Part shown: positions 50,230 through 59,646 of the stretch, in pieces
Layout: each line of letters begins with the position of its first letter
Position numbering within the stretch: the first letter of the stretch is position 1
Assembly: GCA_022705945.1 (NCBI GenBank)
Contig: JAKJDL010000002.1
Span: 11,196 to 75,195 of the forward strand
Length of the DNA: 64,000 bases
Origin: Candidatus Omnitrophota bacterium
GTDB lineage: Bacteria; Omnitrophota; Omnitrophia; Omnitrophales; Aquincolibacteriaceae
Direction of reading: 5' to 3'
The notes under the pieces: generated by a model
Told to the model about the DNA's origin: nothing
Databases searched by the model: none
What the model saw: the letters and a program-made list of their open reading frames with translations, nothing else
Translations under genes and position numbers: made by a program

Positions 50230-51162
50230 ATGAAAAAATATTTTATAGGCCTGGTTTTATTTTCATTCGGGCTCGTTTTTTTTGTTGCCGGAAGCAGAAT
50301 CGCTGCGGCGGGGCAAGCGTCCAGGATTGGGGTGGCGGCAGGGATTGCGGGGGAGGTCAGGGCGGTTTCTTTAAGAGGTGAGGAACGGTTGCTGAAGAGC
50401 GGGGATTCTCTTTTTCAGGGTGATACGGTCTCAACCGGGGAAAATTCCAAAATGCAGATACTGCTTCTGGACGAGACTGTATTTACGATCGGATCAGCCT
50501 CCAGTATCAGGCTGGATGAGTTTGTGTATGATCCTTCGACTTCGGAGGGAAAGGTGAATGCGGATATCCTTAAAGGGGCGTTCCGTTTTATTTCGGGCAA
50601 GATCGCGCACAAGAGACCGGAAAACATGTCCCTGGATCTTCCCGCCGGCAGTATCGGAGTCCGCGGGACATTTGCGGCGGGACAAAGCGAGGGGCAGAGG
50701 TCCCTCGTAGTTTTACTCGGCGGCCCTGACGGACAAAATTCCGGTGCGATCCATGTGAGCAACGACGTGAACGGCCAGCCGGTCGGAGTCGATATCAACC
50801 GCGGTGGTTTCGGAACGGTGATTGAAGGCGATAATTCCCCGCCCCTTCCGCCGTTCCAGGTCCCGGCTCAGGATCTTATGAATCTTGCGAATGCGCTTGG
50901 CCAGCAGCTTACGCCGGGAACCTCCCAACAGGAATCCGGACACGGGGGGAGCGGACTCCCGGAAGTCGATGCTCAGGGACAGATACCTCCGAATGTTAAT
51001 GACCTTCTTAATCTGCTTTCGACCGTGGATAACCTTAACCAGCAGTTGCAAACCGCGGCGCAGGGAGCGGCGCAGGACGCGGGTTCAGCACGGCAGCATT
51101 CCCAAGATGATTCCAGCTCAACATCATCGACGAGCGGAAATCCTCCTATCACTCCACCCTAG
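50230..51162 (+). CDS. Secreted FecR-domain protein (paralog 1) with a Q/S-rich C-terminal tail
   Basis: Signal peptide. FecR-like segment …GDTVSTGENSKMQILLLDETVFTIGSASSIRLDEF…LPAGSIGVRGT…. No lipobox cysteine. Confidence 0.55.
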   Translation: MKKYFIGLVLFSFGLVFFVAGSRIAAAGQASRIGVAAGIAGEVRAVSLRGEERLLKSGDSLFQGDTVSTGENSKMQILLLDETVFTIGSASSIRLDEFVYDPSTSEGKVNADILKGAFRFISGKIAHKRPENMSLDLPAGSIGVRGTFAAGQSEGQRSLVVLLGGPDGQNSGAIHVSNDVNGQPVGVDINRGGFGTVIEGDNSPPLPPFQVPAQDLMNLANALGQQLTPGTSQQESGHGGSGLPEVDAQGQIPPNVNDLLNLLSTVDNLNQQLQTAAQGAAQDAGSARQHSQDDSSSTSSTSGNPPITPP

Positions 51163-51255
51163 AGGTCTTATTGATATTGAACCGATGAAACGTTTTTTGA
51201 AGGCCGTGATATAAAAAGAAAAAAGCCGGAAGCGATTTTGATATAGGGGTGTTGA

Positions 51256-52158
51256 ATGAAAAGTTTAAACAAGGTGATCTGGATTTCAGTCTTTTTGGTT
51301 TTGATGGCGGCGGGGCTGCCGGTTTCCGGTGTTTTCGGCCAGAGCGTTCAAATCGGAGTGGTGGGGGCCGTGAGCGGAACAGCTCGCTCGGTTTCATCGG
51401 CGGGCGATGAAAAAGATCTGCAGAACGGAGATCCGGTTTATCTTGATGATCAGTTGATCACCCGGGATGAGGCCCGGCTCCAGATCCTTCTTATGGATGA
51501 AACGGTTTTTACGCTTGGTCCCTCGAGCTCGATCAAACTGGATGGATTCGCCTATGATCCGGTATCCGATGACGGAAACCTGAAAGCCAGTGTGATCCGG
51601 GGGATTTTTCGTGTTATCTCCGGGAAGATCGCCCACAAAAAGCCCGAAAACATGCAAGTCGATCTTCCGGCGGGTTCAATAGGCTTTCGCGGGACTATGG
51701 TAGCCGGAAAGTCGGAAGGGATGCGGTCCCTTGTCGCCCTGCTTGGACCTGAGGGCCGGAGCGGAGCGGCGCCCGGGAGGATCTTTGTCATGAATCTCGT
51801 TGACGGGGAGCAGATCGGAGTAGAAATTTCCGAAAAGAATTACGGCACTATCATTGAAGGTGCGGGAGTCGCGCCTCTCGATCCGTTCAAGCTTTCGGAG
51901 TCTCAGTTGAATGAATTGACCGGCAGTTTGAACCTTTCAATGAGCGGGAATGCCGAAGCCATGGGTTCTGTAGCGAACCAGCAAGAGAACCCCGACTCCA
52001 AGTTTGATCCCCAGGATATGTCTCATACCATGTCTCTCATTTCGCAGATGGGGGAATACACCCGGAAGGCCGCCCAGGGGGGGATGCTGACACCTCAGCC
52101 CGTGACCCCGATGGTGGTCGGCGGCGGGCGTGACGAGGATAGTAAAAACGAACCCTGA
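51256..52158 (+). CDS. Secreted FecR-domain protein (paralog 2)
   Basis: Signal peptide. FecR-like core colinear with the upstream paralog, roughly 55-60% identical by eye. The C-terminal tail diverges. Confidence 0.55.
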   Translation: MKSLNKVIWISVFLVLMAAGLPVSGVFGQSVQIGVVGAVSGTARSVSSAGDEKDLQNGDPVYLDDQLITRDEARLQILLMDETVFTLGPSSSIKLDGFAYDPVSDDGNLKASVIRGIFRVISGKIAHKKPENMQVDLPAGSIGFRGTMVAGKSEGMRSLVALLGPEGRSGAAPGRIFVMNLVDGEQIGVEISEKNYGTIIEGAGVAPLDPFKLSESQLNELTGSLNLSMSGNAEAMGSVANQQENPDSKFDPQDMSHTMSLISQMGEYTRKAAQGGMLTPQPVTPMVVGGGRDEDSKNEP

Positions 52159-52272
52159 GCGGCAAGTCATAAGATTTAAGCCTGAACGCGATACAAGATC
52201 TATCAATCCTGCGAACAATTCTGTGAAAGATTTCCCTGGGTGATTTTAACGCAAGATTTGATTGCGGGTTTT

Positions 52273-54258
52273 TCAGGACAGGCTGAAAATCTGTTTGGGG
52301 ACGGTTTTACCGCGGACATGGATCGTCCCGAGCTCCCGGGGGTTAAGCTCCGGAACGCGTTGGGCGGTATTCGGCCCGATGAGGATCGTTGTTCCGTATT
52401 CTTTAGTCAGCGCTTCCAGTCTTGATGCGAGATTCACCTCATCCCCGAGGACCGTATAGTCGAAACGGTATTCCGACCCCATGTTGCCGACCGCGGCGAG
52501 TCCCGTGTTGATTCCTATCCCGACGTTGACCTCACGGAAAGATTTCCCTTGCGTGTCCGCTTCCCGTTTCCTTGTCTCATTGAAAGTTTTGATGAAGTCT
52601 TTCATTTCGAGAGCCGCGTGGCAGGCATTTCGCGCGTGGTCATTGTCCTCAAGAGGCGCATTCCAGAATGCCATGATGCAGTCGCCGATATATTTATCAA
52701 TGGTGCCGTTATGTTTCAAAATGATTTCCGTCATGGGGGTCATGAATGAATTCATAAAAACGGTCAATTCCTCGGCGCTGAGCCCTTCCGCGATGGAAGT
52801 GAATCCGCGGATATCGGTGAAAAGAAATGTCATTTCCCGTGTTTCACCCCCAAGTTTTAGCCGTTTGGGATTCTTGGCAAGCTGGCCGACAAGGGCCGGG
52901 GAGAGGTAGCGGGAAAAAGCGCTTCTGATCTGTCCGCGTTCGGTCTCCGTCTTCAAAAAGCGAATAAAAGATGATACGAGGTAGATCAGAAGAATAGACA
53001 GTGAAGGAAAAAGGGGATCGATCAAAAGACTTTTTTCGGTATAAAGCTTCCAGGAATACCAGACGGCGGATCCGATCGCGGCCGCGCCGAGGATCGCGCA
53101 CCAAACCGCACCGACTCTCGGAAGAAGCAGGATCAAAAGGATTCCGAGGATGAGGATGTAGAGAAATTCAGCTCCCTCAATCCAGTCGGGACGCTCAAGA
53201 TAATCCCCCGTGAACATCTGTTCTGCGATCTGGGCGTGGACCTCGACGCCCGGAGCAAATGTGTTAAGCGGTGTCGGACGGATATCTTTTAGCCCGGTTG
53301 CGCTTGTACCGACAAAAACGAGTTTTCCTTCAAGTGTTGTGAGATCAAAATCAGCCGCGAAAAGTTTCCAGGCCGGAATGAACCGCTCGGGTTTGTGACC
53401 CGTGTCATAAAGCCAGATCCTTCCGTGTTTATCGGTCGGGATAGTGAGAAAGCCGGTTTTGATCGAGACGATGCCGGTTTTGGCCCCAAAAGAAGTATTC
53501 CCCGATGTTCCGGCGAGTGAGATCTTGTAAGCGTTTACTTCCTGAAATACCCGCATTGCCTCAAGGGAAAGAGACGGATAAATCATGTCTTTCAGTCTGA
53601 AAAGGGCGGGCGCGCGGCGGATCATCCCCTTTTCTTCGGTGCTGACATTGAAACCGCCGAGTCCCCCGGCGGCACTTTCCAGAATGGGAAGATTGGTGAC
53701 CGCTCCCCGATAGACGGGTTCAATATAGTCGACGGCTTTATCGCCCGGAAGGCCATGTTCGAGAAAACCGCCGAATTTTACGGACGGGACATTTTTATTG
53801 GGTTCATGGATCAGACCGAAAGCGAATACAGTCCGTGTTTGGGAAGCGGCTTCGGCAAAGGTCTTGTCATGATCGGGCATATCCGAGAGCTGGGAACGCA
53901 CCTGGTCGAGCACCGGGACTTCGGGCCAGGACTGAATGACATTCCGGGGCGAAGTCCGGTCGGGTTCGGCAAAAACGGCATCAAAAACGATTGTTTGAAC
54001 GCCGGCCTTTTGAAGACGGGTGACAAGTTTTGCAAGCGTCGTGCGAGGCCAGGGCCATTGACCGAAGCGTTCGAGACTTTTATCGTCGATATCAACGATG
54101 CGGACCGGTGTGTCCTTGTAAACACGGGGATGAATGCGCTGATAATTATCAAAGACCATGATGCGGAGGTCTTCGATCTGGTCGGGGAACTCGCGGATAA
54201 GAAAAAGGATCCCGAAGAGCACAAGAGCGGGGACCAGGAAGGGGATGATTTTTCGCAT
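52273..54258 (-). CDS. CHASE2 sensor-domain class III adenylate/guanylate cyclase
   Basis: N-terminal TM plus CHASE2 (…GQWPWPRTTLAKLV…), a C-terminal TM bundle, then a CYCc domain (FLFTDIRGFTS … GDCIMAFW … GIGINTG). The start is taken at the internal M (MRKIIPF). Confidence 0.75.
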   Translation of the reverse strand: MRKIIPFLVPALVLFGILFLIREFPDQIEDLRIMVFDNYQRIHPRVYKDTPVRIVDIDDKSLERFGQWPWPRTTLAKLVTRLQKAGVQTIVFDAVFAEPDRTSPRNVIQSWPEVPVLDQVRSQLSDMPDHDKTFAEAASQTRTVFAFGLIHEPNKNVPSVKFGGFLEHGLPGDKAVDYIEPVYRGAVTNLPILESAAGGLGGFNVSTEEKGMIRRAPALFRLKDMIYPSLSLEAMRVFQEVNAYKISLAGTSGNTSFGAKTGIVSIKTGFLTIPTDKHGRIWLYDTGHKPERFIPAWKLFAADFDLTTLEGKLVFVGTSATGLKDIRPTPLNTFAPGVEVHAQIAEQMFTGDYLERPDWIEGAEFLYILILGILLILLLPRVGAVWCAILGAAAIGSAVWYSWKLYTEKSLLIDPLFPSLSILLIYLVSSFIRFLKTETERGQIRSAFSRYLSPALVGQLAKNPKRLKLGGETREMTFLFTDIRGFTSIAEGLSAEELTVFMNSFMTPMTEIILKHNGTIDKYIGDCIMAFWNAPLEDNDHARNACHAALEMKDFIKTFNETRKREADTQGKSFREVNVGIGINTGLAAVGNMGSEYRFDYTVLGDEVNLASRLEALTKEYGTTILIGPNTAQRVPELNPRELGTIHVRGKTVPKQIFSLS

Positions 54259-54270
54259 GGGTGGATTATA

Positions 54271-54368
54271 GCCACAAGGCCGTAAGGCCACAAGCCACAA
54301 AGCCGCGGGAATTTGGGAGACAGCTTTCCGAGCGGTGTGTGGCCGCGCGCATACGGCAGCCGCGCGGC
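54271..54368. promoter_or_regulatory. Octamer tandem repeats (GCCACAAG-like, four copies) plus a GC-rich inverted repeat in a divergent promoter region
   Basis: GCCACAAG GCCGTAAG GCCACAAG CCACAAAG at 54271-54302. Inverted repeat GCCGCGCG…CGCGCGGC at 54343-54368. It lies between the divergent cyclase and histidine-kinase genes. Confidence 0.3.
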
Positions 54369-54430
54369 ATATCTGGCCTCAGCTTCTCAGGATTCTTGCA
54401 TTTGGAGAATGATTTCATTAGTATCCCTCC

Positions 54431-55552
54431 ATGACAAACCCCGCGGAGTCCGGTAAGGCCACACACGAGATCGGCAGGATTTATGACGCGATCTCCGACA
54501 AGAATGTTCTGATCGATTTTTTTCTCCAGACGGTCCTCCAGTTCATTCCATCCTCCCGCGGATATCTTTTTCTCGCCGGCCCGGACAGGCGCCTTTGGCT
54601 TGAAAGTGTCATCCTGACAGCGAAAGAGGCGCCGGATGATTTGATCGCGGCGGCCCGGGGCGCGTTTGAAGAAGGGAAACCTTCGGCCAAAGGCACAAGA
54701 CTATTCCTGCCTCTGATCGCCCGCAACAGTTCGATCGGGGTTGTCTGTTTTGAGCGCGATAAAGAATTTACGCCGGAGGAGGTTGGTATCGGTTTTAATT
54801 TTGCGTCGGAATTTTCGGGAGCCCTCAAGAATATCCTTCTCTTTGAAGAAAACATTAAAATGGAGCGGTTGGCCGCGATCGGCCAGACTATGGCGATGCT
54901 GGTCCATGAGATCAAAAACATCCTCCAGCTCGCAAAATTTTCCGATGAGATGATCCGGATGGGGATCCGGGAGCATAACGAGAAATTCCTTTCCAGGGGT
55001 ATGGAAAAACTGGGCAAAACTCTCAAGGACATGGATGGTTTCATATGGGAAGTTGCGGGGCTCAGTAAGGATTATCAGCTTGAGCCGGAGGCAGTCAATG
55101 TCCCCGCACTGGTCGAGGAACTGAGGCGTGATCTTTCGGAGCGGGCCGAAGCTTGTCAGGTAAAGCTTGAATTCGAAGCAGAGGAAAATTTTCCGGAAGT
55201 CCGCGGTGACAGCAGATCGCTTTATCGGGCGCTTCTAAATCTTGTGAAAAATGCGTTTGAAGCGTTCAAAAATCATCCTTCGGCCCGGATCAAGGTTCAT
55301 GCCAGGGTGCTTGATCAGGAACGGTATGAGCTCACGGTCGAGGATAATGCTTCGGGAATGTCGGATGAGGTCAAGGCAAGACTTTTCGAAGAGTTCTTTT
55401 CAACCAAAGGGAAGCGGGGAACAGGACTGGGGCTTATGGTGGTTTCACGCACCGTCAAGATGCATCAGGGGACCATTACCGTCGAAAGCAAACCTGGAAC
55501 CGGCACAAAATTCACCCTCAACCTGCCGCGGAATTTTGCTTCTCGGAAATAA
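54431..55552 (+). CDS. Cytoplasmic sensor histidine kinase (GAF-like N-terminus, HisKA, HATPase_c)
   Basis: H-box LVHEIKNIL. ATPase motifs EDNASGM and GTGLGLMVV. No TM segments. Confidence 0.7.
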   Translation: MTNPAESGKATHEIGRIYDAISDKNVLIDFFLQTVLQFIPSSRGYLFLAGPDRRLWLESVILTAKEAPDDLIAAARGAFEEGKPSAKGTRLFLPLIARNSSIGVVCFERDKEFTPEEVGIGFNFASEFSGALKNILLFEENIKMERLAAIGQTMAMLVHEIKNILQLAKFSDEMIRMGIREHNEKFLSRGMEKLGKTLKDMDGFIWEVAGLSKDYQLEPEAVNVPALVEELRRDLSERAEACQVKLEFEAEENFPEVRGDSRSLYRALLNLVKNAFEAFKNHPSARIKVHARVLDQERYELTVEDNASGMSDEVKARLFEEFFSTKGKRGTGLGLMVVSRTVKMHQGTITVESKPGTGTKFTLNLPRNFASRK

Positions 55553-55580
55553 CTCACGGCCCGAAGAGCGTTCGGTTGAA

Positions 55581-56879
55581 TTAAATAACCACAGCGAGAG
55601 CTGTGATATCGTCATGCTGTCCCGCGCCCGCGGAAAAGCGGTGAACGTCCCGGCAGATTCTTTCCAGATATCCTTCCGCCGATGATGAGGGTTCCTTTAG
55701 GCAAGAGGCGAGCCTTTCCACGGTGTATTCACTCGAGTTTTTATTCCTGGCTTCCGTGACACCATCCGTGTAAAGGAATAACGCGTCGCCTTTTTCAAGT
55801 TTTGCCGTGTTCAGGAAAAAAGGAGTATCCGGCAGAAGCCCGAGAGGCACCCCCTGGGTTCCTTTAAGAAGTTCGGTAGAGGCATCGGCTGCGCGACGGA
55901 GCAAAATGGGTAAGTGTCCTGCGGACGAATACTGGACCACCCCGCTATTTTTGTCGATTATGAGACAGACCATCGTGATGAACATGCCGAAGAAGCTCTG
56001 CCCGGAAAGTTTCTGGTTGAGCTGTGTGATCAGTTCCGCCGGGTCATTGGTTTGAGAGGCAAGAAAGCGGTATTCCGAGATCGCCCGGACCATGTAAAGC
56101 GCGGCAGGCACGCCTTTCCCGGAAACGTCTCCCAGGATCATGCCGACCCGGTCATTCCCAAGGTTCACGACATCGTAGAAATCGCCCCCGACGTCAAAGG
56201 CGGGAACACTTTTAGCGGAAACATCGATCCCATGGTCGCGCGACTTCAGGTCGGGGAGAAAATTCTGCTGGATCTCGTGAGCAATCTTGAGTGCCTGCTT
56301 CGAGGTCTCCTGTCTGACGATCTCGGCATGGAGTTTTGCGTTCTCGATCGCGACCGCCGCCTGATGCGAGAAAGTTTCGAAAAGGTCGAGATCGGTCCGG
56401 CAAAAGCCCTTCCGCCGCAGGGGGTTGATGGCCTGCAGGACTCCGATCACTTGCCCTTTCGACTTGAGCGGGACGCAAAGAATCGCTTTTGTGATAAATC
56501 CGGTTGAGCTGTCGAAACGTTTTGCGAACCGGGGATCATTCCGGACGTCATTGGCCACGAGAGGTTTTCCGGTTTTCGCGACGGTTCCCGCGATCCCCTC
56601 ACCCATTTTGACCCGAAATTTTTCCTCAAGCGAAGTGCCTTTACCTCCCAGGGCCACCCGGAACACAAGCTCGTCCGTTTCCTTATCGATCAAGAGAAGA
56701 GAAGCAACTTCGGCGCGCATGACCTCCGCGGAGGTTTTCATGATAACCGTCAAAAGCTGGTTCAGCTCAAGCGTTGAATTCAGGACGCTGTTAAGCGCCA
56801 GTATCTTTTGAAGGTTCCTGACCCTGTCGGCGGGACACTGCCGTTCCCTCAAAGGTGTTTTTTCCCCTTTGCTCTTCAC
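55581..56879 (-). CDS. GAF-domain PP2C-type (SpoIIE/RsbU-like) serine phosphatase
   Basis: N-terminal GAF domain, then PP2C metal-binding motifs (…FDVGGDFYD… and …LYTDGVTEA…). Confidence 0.7.
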   Translation of the reverse strand: MKSKGEKTPLRERQCPADRVRNLQKILALNSVLNSTLELNQLLTVIMKTSAEVMRAEVASLLLIDKETDELVFRVALGGKGTSLEEKFRVKMGEGIAGTVAKTGKPLVANDVRNDPRFAKRFDSSTGFITKAILCVPLKSKGQVIGVLQAINPLRRKGFCRTDLDLFETFSHQAAVAIENAKLHAEIVRQETSKQALKIAHEIQQNFLPDLKSRDHGIDVSAKSVPAFDVGGDFYDVVNLGNDRVGMILGDVSGKGVPAALYMVRAISEYRFLASQTNDPAELITQLNQKLSGQSFFGMFITMVCLIIDKNSGVVQYSSAGHLPILLRRAADASTELLKGTQGVPLGLLPDTPFFLNTAKLEKGDALFLYTDGVTEARNKNSSEYTVERLASCLKEPSSSAEGYLERICRDVHRFSAGAGQHDDITALAVVI

Positions 56880-57583
56880 AGAAACCTCAAAAAGATAAAA
56901 GTTAAAATAACCGTATAGCTTACGCTGACCAGAAAGTCATTCCGGCTCCGAAGATTTTTAAAAGGAAGCCGGATAAGGCCGATAGCGAGAGAAAACAGTC
57001 CCCAGAAGGGGGAGCGTGTCACTATCAGGGTCAAGGCGATCACGGACCGTTCGATGATTGCAACGGTCATTTCGGGGGATGAGATCCAGTGGAGCGGACG
57101 GGAGCCTTTGAGATAGCTTTGATAGAAAGAATTGAGCGTGTAATTCGCCGCGAAGGTGAGCAGGATGAAAAAAACAGGGAAAAGCGTTATGGCCGGATCC
57201 AGGTAGAGCCAGTTTAAAAAGGAAGAGCTCTTGATGGCGCGGGCCTCGTGAGCGGCCGGGAAAAAGAGGACAAGGGCGATAACCGCAAAATGAAAAAACT
57301 GATCTGTGACATAATAAATAAAACGTCCGGCGGGGAACTTCCGGGTCAGTTTGTATTTAATGATGTCCTGGAGGAGGTGCTCCAGCGTGAGGAAAATAAT
57401 ATAAGCAAGGATTAAAGGCTCGGTGAGATAGGGGAAGGCGAGCAAGACAGCCACGGCTCCGTGGATGGCAATGTGCAAGAAATGGCCCAGGAAGCGTCTC
57501 ACCTTGAGCTGGTAGAGCTCTTCGAACTGAAGAAAAAAATCCGCGGTCAGATGAGCCAATACGAGTTTCAAGAACAAAAACAT
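56876..57583 (-). CDS. Hypothetical membrane protein (DUF3307-like)
   Basis: N-terminal MFLFLKLVLAHLTADFFLQ plus several TM segments. Overlaps the phosphatase gene start (operonic). Confidence 0.35.
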   Translation of the reverse strand: MFLFLKLVLAHLTADFFLQFEELYQLKVRRFLGHFLHIAIHGAVAVLLAFPYLTEPLILAYIIFLTLEHLLQDIIKYKLTRKFPAGRFIYYVTDQFFHFAVIALVLFFPAAHEARAIKSSSFLNWLYLDPAITLFPVFFILLTFAANYTLNSFYQSYLKGSRPLHWISSPEMTVAIIERSVIALTLIVTRSPFWGLFSLAIGLIRLPFKNLRSRNDFLVSVSYTVILTFIFLRFL

Positions 57584-57671
57584 AGATCCTCCCGATAATG
57601 GGGCATTATAACGGTAAAAAACGGATGGTTGGTATGATAAAATAACGCCGTCAAAAGGAGCGGCGAACCTT

Positions 57672-58055
57672 ATGAAAAAACAAAAAACGATTGTTATCGT
57701 AGACGACGAAGTCGAGCTCTCGGAGTTTGCCAGGATGGTCTTGGCTGAAAAAGGCGGCTATGAGGTCGGGATTTGTAATCAAAGTGAGCGTGCGATTGGC
57801 ATGATCAGGGAGTGGAAGCCCGACCTCGTTCTTCTTGATATCATGATGCCTAACGTTGACGGGACAGAGATCGCCGCCCGCCTCAGGGAAGATCCCGAGC
57901 TTTGTGCTATTCCGGTTATTTTTCTCACTTCACTTATGACCGCTCAGGAAGCGGCCACTCATCCGGTGATCGGGAAAAACAGGTTCCTGCCGAAACCGAT
58001 TAATGGAGAAGAGCTTTTAAAACGAATTCGGGAGTTTTTTGAACTTGAAGTCTGA
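57672..58055 (+). CDS. Single-domain response regulator (receiver only)
   Basis: 127-aa receiver domain (IVIVDDE…LVLLDIMMPNVDG…IPVIFLTS). Confidence 0.7.
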   Translation: MKKQKTIVIVDDEVELSEFARMVLAEKGGYEVGICNQSERAIGMIREWKPDLVLLDIMMPNVDGTEIAARLREDPELCAIPVIFLTSLMTAQEAATHPVIGKNRFLPKPINGEELLKRIREFFELEV

Positions 58056-59046
58056 TTTTTTAGACACCCCGGAATCCGGGTTCGCTATTGAGGTTCTCCG
58101 TGCCGGAAGCCGACTTGCCTCGCAGGTGCGCGCCGAGAGCAATCTCACTGTCCATTGCAAGGAAGACAATTCTCCCGTTACGGTCGCCGACATGGGGATA
58201 CAGGCCGTTGCCGGAAAATTTATTGAAAAATATTTTCCCGCAGTAGCGCTTGTGGCCGAAGAGAATACGGCCGGACTTCGAAAACCGGATGAGAACGCCC
58301 GCCTTGAGGAGATTGTCCGTCATGTAAAGAGGCTCATTCCGGAAGCCGATCCGGCAGCCGTTTGCACCTGGATTGATCGGGGCGGCGGCGAAGCCGGAGA
58401 GCTTTTCTGGACGCTTGATCCGATCGACGGAACGAAAGGGTATCTTCGGGGAGATCAATATGTAACGGCTCTGGCCCTGATCCGCAAAGGACGTGTTGAG
58501 TTTTCGGCTTTGGGATGTCCTGAGCTTCTACTGGCTTGTCATGAAAAGCTCGGTAAGGGAGTGATGCTGCTTTCTTCCCGGGGCAAAGGTTGTTGGGCCT
58601 CTTCGCTCGAGGCGGATACTCCATGGGAAAAATTGTCGGTATCTCGCTGCGAAGATATAAAAAAAGCCCGCATTCTTGATTCCTGCGATCCGGGGCATAA
58701 GAACGCGGAAAAAAACGCAATGATCAAGCGCTTGCTTGGCTCTCATCACGATCCGATAGGAATGGACAGCCAGGCCAAGCACGCGACGCTTGCTGCCGGC
58801 GGGGCAGAGATCTTTTTCCGAACTCTCCCCGAACATGATTTATCCTGCCGTGAAAAGATCTGGGATGTCGCGCCGGGCGCTTTTGCGATCGAAGAAGCCG
58901 GAGGACGCGTGACCGATCTGAACGGAAATCCGATTGATTATGCGGCCGGAAATATTCTGAAAAATAATCCCGGTTTTGTGGCAACGAACGGTTTTTTGCA
59001 TGAGAAGGTCGTTGCTGCGATCAGGGAGACGGTTTTCCCCAAATGA
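58039..59046 (+). CDS. Inositol monophosphatase / 3'(2'),5'-bisphosphate nucleotidase (CysQ) family protein
   Basis: WTLDPIDGTKGY metal-binding motif and the IMPase fold. Confidence 0.65.
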   Translation: MNLKSDFLDTPESGFAIEVLRAGSRLASQVRAESNLTVHCKEDNSPVTVADMGIQAVAGKFIEKYFPAVALVAEENTAGLRKPDENARLEEIVRHVKRLIPEADPAAVCTWIDRGGGEAGELFWTLDPIDGTKGYLRGDQYVTALALIRKGRVEFSALGCPELLLACHEKLGKGVMLLSSRGKGCWASSLEADTPWEKLSVSRCEDIKKARILDSCDPGHKNAEKNAMIKRLLGSHHDPIGMDSQAKHATLAAGGAEIFFRTLPEHDLSCREKIWDVAPGAFAIEEAGGRVTDLNGNPIDYAAGNILKNNPGFVATNGFLHEKVVAAIRETVFPK

Positions 59047-59087
59047 AAAAAAAGAAAAAAAGAACTTACCGTCCGTGCTCCAAATGG

Positions 59088-59543
59088 ATGAAGCTTGCGA
59101 TCCGTTCTGCGCTGGAGGGGATCCGCCGGGGATCAGGAGGCCCGTTTGGTGCGTGTCTTGTCCGGAAGGGCAGGGTGATTGCAGTCGCTCATAATACGGT
59201 GCTGAAGACCAATGATCCGACGTGTCATGCCGAGATCAACGCGATCCGGCTTGCGGCCAAAAAACTGGGGCGTCATGACCTCAAGGATTGTGTTATTTAT
59301 TCGACGACCGAACCCTGCCCCATGTGTTTTTCGGCGATCCACTGGGCGCGGATTGCCCACGTTTTTTGGGGGACCGCGATTCGGGATGTTGCCGCGCGGG
59401 GATTCAATGAATTACACGTATCCAACGCCCGGATCAAGCGTCTTGGTAAAAGCGGCGTGACTTTCACCGGGCGGGTGAATGTCCGGGAATGTCTGGAGTT
59501 ACTTTCAGAATGGGATCATCAAGCCGATAAAAGAACCTACTAA
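59088..59543 (+). CDS. CDA-fold nucleoside/nucleotide deaminase (TadA/GuaD-like)
   Basis: HAEINAI and PCPMC zinc-ligand motifs. About 151 aa from the internal M; the longer ORF starts at 59043. Confidence 0.6.
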   Translation: MKLAIRSALEGIRRGSGGPFGACLVRKGRVIAVAHNTVLKTNDPTCHAEINAIRLAAKKLGRHDLKDCVIYSTTEPCPMCFSAIHWARIAHVFWGTAIRDVAARGFNELHVSNARIKRLGKSGVTFTGRVNVRECLELLSEWDHQADKRTY

Positions 59544-59596
59544 GGGATGATTTTATGAAAATTGTCCTTGCGGAGGCGACCGGCCGTAACGCTCTC

Positions 59597-59646
59597 CTTT
59601 AATCGAGGGTAGAAAGTTGTAAAGCTGAAATCGGGTTCTGGTGTTT
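59597..59646 (+). repeat. Direct repeat copy 1 (about 48 bp), equal to the 3' end of the IS3 transposase remnant
   Basis: TTAATCGAGGGTAGAAAGTTGTAAAGCTGAAATCGGGTTCTGGTGTTTT. It recurs with two mismatches at 61296-61344. Confidence 0.6.

Noticed and set aside
54271-54302. The octamer array as a CRISPR-like or other repeat element
   Set aside because: There are only four 8-bp units with no spacers. That is far too short for a CRISPR array, so it is treated as a regulatory repeat instead.
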